Made by a program: the position numbers and the translations under genes. Positions 10,188 to 17,873 of a stretch of DNA of 32,000 nt are shown one piece after another (position 1 is the first letter of the stretch; each line of letters starts with the position of its first letter). The stretch comes from Corynebacterium amycolatum (GTDB taxonomy: Bacteria; Actinomycetota; Actinomycetes; Mycobacteriales; Mycobacteriaceae), in assembly GCF_049243625.1 (NCBI RefSeq), contig NZ_CP046975.1; one strand, 5' to 3'. The notes beneath the pieces are model-generated. The model made no database searches, had not been told where the DNA came from, and saw only the letters and a list, made by a program, of their open reading frames with translations.

Positions 10188-10997
10188 ATGAGCGGAAAAA
10201 AGATTCGTCTGAATAATCTGGCCGAATGGAAGGCTGAGTCTCGCCCCTGGGCAATGCTGACTTGCTACGACTACTCCACCGCGCGCGCTTTTTCCGCCGC
10301 CGGTGTCGAGCTGCTACTGGTCGGCGACTCTGCAGCAAACGTCGTCTACGGCTACGACACCACCACCGAGATCACGCTGGAAGAAATGATTCCGCTTGCT
10401 CGCGGTGTCGTCCGAGGCGCTGGCAACGCACTTGTGGTTGCCGATTTACCCTTCGGCACTTACGAGGCCTCCGATGAGCAGGCCGTGCTGTCCGCCGCGA
10501 AGATGATGCGCGAAACCGGCGCACACATGATCAAGATCGAAGGTGGCGTGCGCATCGCTCCGCGCATCCGTGCGCTGGTCAACGCCGGCATTCCGGTTAT
10601 GGCACACATCGGTTTCACTCCGCAGTCCGTCAACGCGCTGTCCGGCTTCAAGGTACAGGGACGCGGTGCGGGGGCGGAACAGCTGCGTGCCGACGCCCAC
10701 GCGGTAGCCGATGCTGGTGCCTCGGCCGTGGTCCTGGAAATGGTGCCTGCAGATTTGGCCACTGAGATTACCCGTGATCTATCCATCCCAACCTGTGGCA
10801 TTGGCGCTGGTAACCAGTGCGATGGCCAGGTTCTCGTCTGGCAAGATGCCTTTGCAGTTCCGGCCGATGGCCGCAGGCCGTCGTTTAGTTCGGTGTTCGA
10901 AGAGGTCGGCGAGATGCTGACCAAGGGAGCTAAGCAGTATGTCGACCAGGTGCACTCCCGCGAGTTCCCAACTGAGGCACAGAACTTCTCGGGTTAA
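10188..10997 (+). CDS. panB: 3-methyl-2-oxobutanoate hydroxymethyltransferase
   Basis: Typical PanB blocks are present: [44 protein letters not shown] and [17 protein letters not shown]. The start could be ATG 10188 (MSGKKIRL…) or ATG 10170; the 10104 start is unlikely. Confidence 0.92.
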   Translation: MSGKKIRLNNLAEWKAESRPWAMLTCYDYSTARAFSAAGVELLLVGDSAANVVYGYDTTTEITLEEMIPLARGVVRGAGNALVVADLPFGTYEASDEQAVLSAAKMMRETGAHMIKIEGGVRIAPRIRALVNAGIPVMAHIGFTPQSVNALSGFKVQGRGAGAEQLRADAHAVADAGASAVVLEMVPADLATEITRDLSIPTCGIGAGNQCDGQVLVWQDAFAVPADGRRPSFSSVFEEVGEMLTKGAKQYVDQVHSREFPTEAQNFSG

Positions 10998-11035
10998 CCG
11001 CCCTGGGGTGAGCCGATTTTTTTGGACTGGGCTTT

Positions 11036-11085
11036 CGTCTAAAGGCCCCGCCCAGCCCCCGTCTACGTCTAAGGGCACCGCCCAG
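11036..11085. repeat. Two 20-nt direct repeats (18/20 identical, 30-nt period) bracketed by a 10-bp inverted repeat
   Basis: The direct repeats are cgtctaaaggccccgcccag (11036-11055) and cgtctaagggcaccgcccag (11066-11085). The flanking inverted repeat is tggactgggc (11023-11032) with gcccagtcca (11080-11089). A T7 run lies at 11017-11023. Confidence 0.6.
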
Positions 11086-11159
11086 TCCAGGCAATCAAAT
11101 ACGAAAACCAGACATCCGTAACTTAAGGGTTCTTCGATTCGGGGGTAGAATTGGTGCTT

Positions 11160-12986
11160 ATGGCATCTAAGTCTGGTTCTAAGTCCAAAACTCCAACTGC
11201 GGCGTTGGAGGTGGAATCTAAGTTCTCAGCTACCCCAGAGGTGGTAGCCCCATCGTTCGATTTCGTTCCACAGGTTGGCTCCACCACCACTGAGGTGCGA
11301 AATCTCTCCGCGATTTATCTGGACACGGCGGACCTGCGTCTGACCCGTTCCAAGCACACCCTGCGTCGCCGCACCGGCGGCCCCGATGAGGGTTGGCATC
11401 TGAAGGCGCCGGGCAACGGCGGTCGCCTCGAATATGGCGTTGACCTGGAAGAGGGCTCTGTTAACGGTGAAGGCCGCGACGCCGACTACGTCGTGCCCAC
11501 CGAGTTGCTTGCCCCTGTCCGCGCAATTGTGCGCAATCACCCGCTGCAACCAATCGCGCAGGTAGACAATGAGCGCCACGTCACCACGGTGTTTGCCCTC
11601 GATGGCACTCCCATGGCGGAGTTCGCGGATGACCACGTCACGGCGACTTCCTTCCTCGACGGCGGAGAAACCACCACCTGGCGCGAGTGGGAGATTGAGC
11701 TTCTGGGGGATTGGGCAGATCACCCGGACGGCAAGGCTGTAATGGCAGCGATGTCCAAGGTCGCTGAGGTGGCTGGTGCCGTGCCGTCGGAAAGCCCGTC
11801 GAAGTTGGCGACGGCGTTGGGTGACTCCATCGATTCTGCTCCCCTGCCGCCGACTCCAGCGAAGCTGCCGAAGGGCACGCCGGGGCGCACCGTGGTCGAT
11901 GCGCTGGCCGCTAACGTGGCCAAGATGGTCGAGTACGACCCGAAGGTACGCCGCGATGAATTTGACTCGGTGCATCAGATGCGCGTCGCCACTCGTGAGC
12001 TGCGCAGTCACATGCAGACCTTCCACGGCATTGTCGTGGGCGATAAGGTCGCTGAGCTGGAGAGCAACCTCAAGCAGCTGGCGGGTGTTCTCGGTGTGGC
12101 CCGTGACGCAGAGGTCGTTGCTATGCGCTGGGAGGAGCTGCTGGCCAATCGCGAAAGCGCCGCTTTAGGCGAGGAGCTGCGTGCGAATCTCGTCGAGGAT
12201 GTCCAGAAGGACTACGACCGCGCTCATCAGCGAGTCATTTTCGCACTCAATTCCAGCGAGTACCTGCAACTTCTCGACGATCTCGATGAGTTCCTCGCCA
12301 ACCCGCCAATCGCCGCAAACTCGGAAGAGGCCGAGGCTGGGGAAAAGAAGTCCAAGAAGAAGGATGATTCGCTTGTCGACGACGCGGAGGCCGCAGCCTC
12401 CGAGGATGCTTCGGCAGCTGACTCCGAGGTCGCGGCTGAGACTGATACTGCTGCTGCCGCCGATGCAGCTGCTTCCACGACCTCAGACAAGGCCGAGCCG
12501 GAGAAGGTAAAGGCACCGAAGGAACTCGACACCACTGCGGTGCTGCTCGATCACTTGCGCAGCGCGTTTTCGAAGTTCCGTCGTCGCCACAACCTGGTAC
12601 TCGATGGCCGAGAGGATGCTGACCTTCCAGAGGCAGATTTGGACGAGCGCTACCACGATGTCCGCAAAGCTGCGAAGAAGCTCCGCTACAGCGCGGAAGC
12701 TGCTCAGAACGCGGACCTGTCGACCGAGAAGCTCTACGCTGCCTGCAAGAACCTGCAGTCGGTTCTCGGTGACTTCCAGGACACCTGTACTGCGCGTGAC
12801 TTCGTGTTGGCTCGCGCTAAGCGTGCCTCCCGTGCGGGCAGGGACGCCTTCGGCTACGGCGTGCTTTACCAGATGGAGTACTACGACGGCCTGAAGGCCC
12901 TGGCTGAGTACGACGATGCCGTGGCAAAGGTTTTCAAGGCCTTCCGTAAGATGGAAAAGAAGATTAAGAAGGGCAAGAAGGCCTAA
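11160..12986 (+). CDS. CYTH and CHAD domain-containing protein (Rv2226-like)
   Basis: The N-terminal CYTH signature ExExK is present (ALEVESKF). The CHAD region shows VHQMRVATRELRSHMQTF and YHDVRKAAKKLRYSAE helices. The start is ATG 11160 or GTG 11151. Confidence 0.75.
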   Translation: MASKSGSKSKTPTAALEVESKFSATPEVVAPSFDFVPQVGSTTTEVRNLSAIYLDTADLRLTRSKHTLRRRTGGPDEGWHLKAPGNGGRLEYGVDLEEGSVNGEGRDADYVVPTELLAPVRAIVRNHPLQPIAQVDNERHVTTVFALDGTPMAEFADDHVTATSFLDGGETTTWREWEIELLGDWADHPDGKAVMAAMSKVAEVAGAVPSESPSKLATALGDSIDSAPLPPTPAKLPKGTPGRTVVDALAANVAKMVEYDPKVRRDEFDSVHQMRVATRELRSHMQTFHGIVVGDKVAELESNLKQLAGVLGVARDAEVVAMRWEELLANRESAALGEELRANLVEDVQKDYDRAHQRVIFALNSSEYLQLLDDLDEFLANPPIAANSEEAEAGEKKSKKKDDSLVDDAEAAASEDASAADSEVAAETDTAAAADAAASTTSDKAEPEKVKAPKELDTTAVLLDHLRSAFSKFRRRHNLVLDGREDADLPEADLDERYHDVRKAAKKLRYSAEAAQNADLSTEKLYAACKNLQSVLGDFQDTCTARDFVLARAKRASRAGRDAFGYGVLYQMEYYDGLKALAEYDDAVAKVFKAFRKMEKKIKKGKKA

Positions 12987-12998
12987 ACGCGTAGAGCC

Positions 12999-13201
12999 TT
13001 ATTTCTCAGCTACGCCCCAGTCATCATCTTCTTCATCCCAGTCGTCGGCCGCCTTGTTGCGCTCGGCGACTTTTTCCATGGCAGCGCGGGCTTCCTCTTC
13101 GGAATCATAAGGGCCCATTCGGTCGTCCCAACCGGTTTTCTTCCCCTGAAACACCGTGCCTGTCGATGGCTGGTAGTACCACTTACTGCTGTTGTCGCTC
13201 A
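12999..13201 (-). CDS. Small conserved actinobacterial protein with acidic tail
   Basis: A GTG start at 13201 is preceded by GAGGAGAAGAATC as RBS. The product is VSDNSSKWYYQPSTGTVFQGKKTGWDDRMGPYDSEEEARAAMEKVAERNKAADDWDEEDDDWGVAEK. The W-Y-Y…G…RMGPY…EEA pattern recalls a small protein family widespread in Actinobacteria, but I cannot name it. Confidence 0.55.
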
Positions 13202-13478
13202 CGATTCTTCTCCTCTTCCACATCGAAAACATGTCGAGTTATCAAGCGGTTGTGCCACCGCTAACTCCGCCCATAAGCAAGCTTGCAGAAAGGCAATCCT
13301 TTGCCTGCCATGTGCGCTGCGGCGACATAAAATCCCAGTATATAGGTTTGTCACTGTCCCCCGAGCCGGGTATTATCGACGGAATTGTTCACCTTAGAAC
13401 ACAAGCGCTGAATCCGAGCGCTGAATACAAACACTGCACACAAGCACTATGAGTCCGATCTCTGGAGAGGTTTCACCC

Positions 13479-14642
13479 ATGCCCGCCGCACCCGCTGTCG
13501 TAAACGACGTCTTCGATGCCGTCGGTTCTAATGCTTCAGTTGCATACGCCCCGGGTTCCATCAACCTGTTGGGTGAGGACTGCGCGTCCTCCGGCGGCAT
13601 GCTCCTAACCACCGCCATTCCAGCTTATGCCGCGGTCGGTATTGAAGAGATCGACGAGCAGCAGCTCATTGTCGTGTACAAGCGCGAAACTACCAAGATG
13701 GATTTCCCGGACAGCGTCCCCGCCGCTTTTTCGCAGGTGCCGACCGCTGTCGCGGCTACCATCGTCGCATTGCAGCACTCGCTGCACCTCGTTCCGCGCA
13801 ACAGCAATGGCCTGAAGGTCACCATTGCCTCCACTATCGCGCCAGGTCGCGGTTTTGGAGAGATTCCGGCAATTCAGTGTGCACTCGCGCTGGCTCTCAA
13901 TGCGCGTTTTGGCGACCGTGATGATGTACCTACCCGCACGCGTATTGCCACCGCTATCCACGAGACCATGGTGCAGGTAAAGGGCCAGTCGTGGCCGCTG
14001 TACCCCTACACCACGGCACTGCGCAGCCGCCCGGACAGTCTACTGTGCATCAACCACTCCGACGAGGCAGTCACGCAGACGGCGTTGCCACAGTCGTTGG
14101 CGCTGACTATCGCTTACTCCCCGGATGTCACCGGCGGTTCGCCAGACGAAGAGCGCTACGAGTTCTTCCAGCAAGCCTGCGCTGCTTTCGGCGTGCCGAC
14201 TCTCGCTAGCCTCCCCGACGCACAGGAGCGGGTCGCGGACTGGGTACGCGCTCGTCACGAGGTGCACCCGGACGACGAAAACATCCCCACCATCGGCCGC
14301 GCCATCCAGTGGCTTGACGATGCCGACGCATCCTCCGACCGCGCCCGCGCAGTCATCGGTCACATCCGGCACAGCGATATTCAAGCAGCCATCGCAGGGG
14401 TTTCGCGCGATGTCAGTGAGCGTGGCTCCGCGCCGTCGGCAAGCTCTGTACTGGGGCAGATTGCCGAGCTGACCGACACCATCGACTGTGAGAAGATTGC
14501 CCGTTGCGCGCCGTGCCCGGGCGCGTCGCTGGTGATGTGGTCCCACGTCGACGACGCCGATCGGATTGCCTCCGCGCTTAACGACGGCGGTTCCGAGACC
14601 ATCCGCGTGGAGAACACTTCGGCCGGCGCGGTGGTCGAGTAA
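13479..14642 (+). CDS. Galactokinase/GHMP-kinase-fold protein with degenerate catalytic motifs
   Basis: YAPGSINLLGEDCASSGG resembles the galactokinase signature GRVNLIGEHTDY. IAPGRGFGEIPAIQCALALAL sits where the GHMP P-loop PxGSGLSSSAA would be. The preferred start is ATG 13479, 8 nt after GGAGAGG; ATG 13449 is also possible. Confidence 0.55.
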   Translation: MPAAPAVVNDVFDAVGSNASVAYAPGSINLLGEDCASSGGMLLTTAIPAYAAVGIEEIDEQQLIVVYKRETTKMDFPDSVPAAFSQVPTAVAATIVALQHSLHLVPRNSNGLKVTIASTIAPGRGFGEIPAIQCALALALNARFGDRDDVPTRTRIATAIHETMVQVKGQSWPLYPYTTALRSRPDSLLCINHSDEAVTQTALPQSLALTIAYSPDVTGGSPDEERYEFFQQACAAFGVPTLASLPDAQERVADWVRARHEVHPDDENIPTIGRAIQWLDDADASSDRARAVIGHIRHSDIQAAIAGVSRDVSERGSAPSASSVLGQIAELTDTIDCEKIARCAPCPGASLVMWSHVDDADRIASALNDGGSETIRVENTSAGAVVE

Positions 14643-14654
14643 AAAAGCTTGTGT

Positions 14655-15122
14655 GAACGAGTCGGCCTATGAGCCGGATTCTGTCCCTCGGCGCTCCTTT
14701 CGGAAAGCGCCGGGTGGCGATCATCCATCTCGGTCTGCCATTGCTGACAGCCTGAAGCAGCACACCCGCGAGTATCGGACGGGCAGCCCTCAAACACTCG
14801 CGCACACGCACGACGAAGCATGCGCGATTTTGCCTTGCTCCTGGTGGGGTTTACCTAGCCGGTGCAATCACTTGCCCCGCTGGTGCGCTCTTACCGCACC
14901 TTTTCACCCTCACCGGATCTCCACAGCTTTACGTCAAAGACATCGGCTGTGCGCCCGGCGGTCTATTTTCTGTGGCACTATTCCCGCAGGTCACCCTGGG
15001 TTGCTGTTAGCAACCACCATGCCCAGTGGAGTCCGGACTTTCCTCGACAGCGGCCTGGACACACTCTGTAAAAGAGGCGTCCGGTTCCGTTAACTGCCGC
15101 GATCACCCGGCCAGCTCGCTCG
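14655..15122 (-). ncRNA. rnpB: RNase P RNA (bacterial type A)
   Basis: The minus strand carries the universal blocks CGAGGAAAGTCCGGACTCC (P4 5' strand), GGTGAGGGTGAAAAGGTGCGGTAAGAGCGCACC and GGGACAGAATCCGGCTCATAGGCC (P4 3' strand). The P1 ends pair as GAGCGAGCTGGCC with GGCCGACTCGTTC. End coordinates are good to about 10 nt. Confidence 0.9.
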
Positions 15123-15177
15123 AATGGTTAGTGTACCCGCCACAACCGCAATTCAAATAACCCGCCGTACCGGGCTG

Positions 15178-15867
15178 CTAACCACGCAGGTAGCTGGTGT
15201 CGTTAATCAGCCGCACTGATGTCGGCCCATCTGCGTAGAACTCCGCGATGGAGAGGCTGGCCAGGTCCAGGTGCAGGCGGGTGAAGATTTCAAAGCCACA
15301 GCCGAGCCCCTGGCGCAGCAACGACTTGATTGGCGTGACATGGCTGACTACCAGCACATCAGAGGCACCGAATTGTTGAGCGATGCGCTCACGCGCGGCG
15401 CCCACTCGGCTATCGACCGAGCGGAAATCCTCCCCCTCCGGCGGCGCCACGGTCGGGTCCGCGAGCCAAGAACTGTGCAGCTCAGGGGTGGAGTTGTGCG
15501 CCTCGGAGAAAGTCATGCCCTCCCACTGCCCGAAGTCGGTCTCCCGCAGGTCCTCGTCAACGTGGATATCCAGGCCGAGCGCATTTGCTGCCGCCTCTGC
15601 GGTCTGCTGTGCACGACGCTGTGGAGAGGCCACAATGGCAGAGAAATTCATGTTGCCGCTATCGACCAGCTCTACGAGGTGCCGTGCCGCCGCTGCCGCT
15701 TGCTGCCTGCCGACCTCCGTCAGGTCGGGGTTCGAACGACTTCCCGAGTACTCCCGGCGAATCGACATCGGCGACTGCCCATGGCGCAGCAGCACCAGCC
15801 GCGTGGGGTCCGTGGTCGCACCCGTCCAGCCCGGCGCGCTATCGCGCTTGTCTGCAGCCTGGCTCAT
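15178..15867 (-). CDS. Histidine phosphatase family protein (phosphoglycerate-mutase-like / CobC-type acid phosphatase)
   Basis: It has the RHG motif LVLLRHGQSP and a downstream H in VSHVTPIK. The start ATG abuts the stop of the upstream gene (…AAG TAA ATG AGC…). Confidence 0.8.
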   Translation of the reverse strand: MSQAADKRDSAPGWTGATTDPTRLVLLRHGQSPMSIRREYSGSRSNPDLTEVGRQQAAAAARHLVELVDSGNMNFSAIVASPQRRAQQTAEAAANALGLDIHVDEDLRETDFGQWEGMTFSEAHNSTPELHSSWLADPTVAPPEGEDFRSVDSRVGAARERIAQQFGASDVLVVSHVTPIKSLLRQGLGCGFEIFTRLHLDLASLSIAEFYADGPTSVRLINDTSYLRG

Positions 15868-16620
15868 TTACTTGCCTTTCACTGCTCCCAGCGTTTCCGC
15901 ACGCACGATCATCGCGCCACATTCAGGACAGAACGTCACTTCTTCCGGCGCGAGCGTGGTGAATTCATGCACGGTTCCGACATCGAGCTCCATGAAGCAG
16001 GAACCGCAGGTGCGCCCGTTCAGGCGTGCAACAGGGATGCCGTTAGCAAGCGCTAGACGACGGTAAAGCTTGGCTGCCGAACCATCAATGAGTTTGTCAG
16101 CCTCTTCGATTCGGGTCTCAGCGATGGAAATGCGCGCAATGAGGTCAACCTCGGCGTCGTTAAGCCTTTGCTTGGCGGCGACGATGTCATCGTGCGCCTC
16201 GTCGGCGTCGTATTCGTGCTCAGCGTCGACCTGATAGGCCTCCTGCATGCGCTCGTACTGCTGGAGTTCCTGTTCAGCGCGCTCGCGGCGGCGCTCGGTG
16301 GAGCGCAGGTCGTGTTCGAGGTCACGGCGCGTGGATGCGTCTTCTGTGGCACCGAGCGACAGACGGTCTGCCTTTTCGCGAGCCTTCAGCTTGTTGATGT
16401 CCGATTCCAGCTTGGCAATATCGCGGCCAATATCGGAGGCGCTGAGCTTGGAGCGCGCTGCCTCACTGGCCTGACGGCTGTGCTTTTTGCGCAGCTCCTG
16501 CAACTCGGCACGCTCGGGCAGAACGTTCTGGCGGGCGGTGAGCCCATCCAACAGAGTTTGGTTTTCCGCCTTTTCCAACATCGCCACTTGGATTTGTGGA
16601 CTAAGCCTCATGGTCTTCAC
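15868..16620 (-). CDS. C4-type zinc-ribbon / coiled-coil protein (DUF164, Rv2229c-like)
   Basis: A long charged coiled coil is followed by two CxxC pairs (CGSCFMEL…FCPECGAMIV). Its GTG start overlaps the Nif3 TGA stop as GTGA. Confidence 0.75.
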   Translation of the reverse strand: MKTMRLSPQIQVAMLEKAENQTLLDGLTARQNVLPERAELQELRKKHSRQASEAARSKLSASDIGRDIAKLESDINKLKAREKADRLSLGATEDASTRRDLEHDLRSTERRRERAEQELQQYERMQEAYQVDAEHEYDADEAHDDIVAAKQRLNDAEVDLIARISIAETRIEEADKLIDGSAAKLYRRLALANGIPVARLNGRTCGSCFMELDVGTVHEFTTLAPEEVTFCPECGAMIVRAETLGAVKGK

Positions 16621-17804
16621 TTCCTTGCCTGTGTCGACGATTCTGCCACTGTCCAGGGATCGGTGCGCACCTCAAGGACCTCGGTCGCGACCCCGAGCCT
16701 CTCGGCCAGCATGTCTGCGGCCTGGTAGCACCAGGGGAACTCGCTGGCCCAGTGGGCCGTATCCACGACGCAGAAGTCCGCGGTCCGCAGCGTCTCATCT
16801 ACAGGATGATGCCGCAGGTCCGAGGTAACAAAAGCATCGACGCCCATCTTCGCCACAGTGTCCAGGAAAGAGTCGCCCGAACCAGATGCAACGGCAACCG
16901 TACGAATCATCCGCTCCGGATCGCCTGCGCCGCGCACGCCCCATGCCGTTGCAGGCAGACGCTCAGCCACACGCGCAACGAAGTCCTTAAATGGCATCGG
17001 CGTATCTAGCGTGCCCACTCGCCCAATGCCCACAGCCTGCTGCGGGTCCAGACCGGTGGCCTGATTGTCCACGATGTCGAATGCCGGTTCCTCATACGGA
17101 TGCACTGCAACGAGAGCCTTAACAATCGCCGCGCGCATGGACCGTGGTGCGACCATCTCCAGGCGCACTTCCTCGACATACTCGACCTGCCCCTCGGCGC
17201 CGATGAAGGGATTTGCCCCGCTCAGCGGGCGGAACTGGCCGCGGCCGTTAATGCGAAACGCACAGCTGTCGTAGTCGCCGATAGTGCCCGCGCCCGCCTC
17301 AAACATGGCTTGCGCGACCTTATCGACGTGATCTGCCGGAACCTTCACCGTCCAGGTATCCAAGCCGGGAGCCGGCTGCGGAGCTAGCGGCGCACCCGGT
17401 TCGACTCCGAGCATCGTGGCCAACTGGTCATTGACACCCGGTCGTGCGCTGTCAGCGTTAGTGTGCGCTGCAAAGAGAGCTACACCTGCCCGAATCAGCT
17501 TATGAATAATCCGACCCTTCGGTGTATCCGCCGCCACGGAATTCACACCGCGCAGAAGCAGCGGATGGTGCACAACGAGCATCTGAGCACCGGAGGCAAT
17601 CGCGCGATCTGCGACCTCGTCAGTGCAGTCCAGCGCCAACGCGATGCGACGCACCTCATCCTGCGGGTCACCGCAAATCAGGCCAACTTTATCCCAGCTC
17701 TCCGCCAGTGCCGGCGGGTAGGCCGCGTCCATCGCCGTACGCACGTCGGCAACGGTCACCACCGAGTTATTGCCCTCGGCACGGGTCTGCGCAGAGTCCG
17801 TCAT
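16617..17804 (-). CDS. Nif3-like dinuclear metal centre protein (GTP cyclohydrolase 1 type 2 homologue)
   Basis: The motifs VVHHPLLLRG, LFAAHTNADSA and FVTSDLRHHP are present. The 395-aa length implies the inserted middle domain typical of long Nif3 forms. Confidence 0.85.
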   Translation of the reverse strand: MTDSAQTRAEGNNSVVTVADVRTAMDAAYPPALAESWDKVGLICGDPQDEVRRIALALDCTDEVADRAIASGAQMLVVHHPLLLRGVNSVAADTPKGRIIHKLIRAGVALFAAHTNADSARPGVNDQLATMLGVEPGAPLAPQPAPGLDTWTVKVPADHVDKVAQAMFEAGAGTIGDYDSCAFRINGRGQFRPLSGANPFIGAEGQVEYVEEVRLEMVAPRSMRAAIVKALVAVHPYEEPAFDIVDNQATGLDPQQAVGIGRVGTLDTPMPFKDFVARVAERLPATAWGVRGAGDPERMIRTVAVASGSGDSFLDTVAKMGVDAFVTSDLRHHPVDETLRTADFCVVDTAHWASEFPWCYQAADMLAERLGVATEVLEVRTDPWTVAESSTQARK

Positions 17805-17873
17805 ACATCCATCCCTTCAACATGCATTTCTCTCCAGCTTCTCTTCCAGCGTAGTGAACTCCGCCCCACCGCA

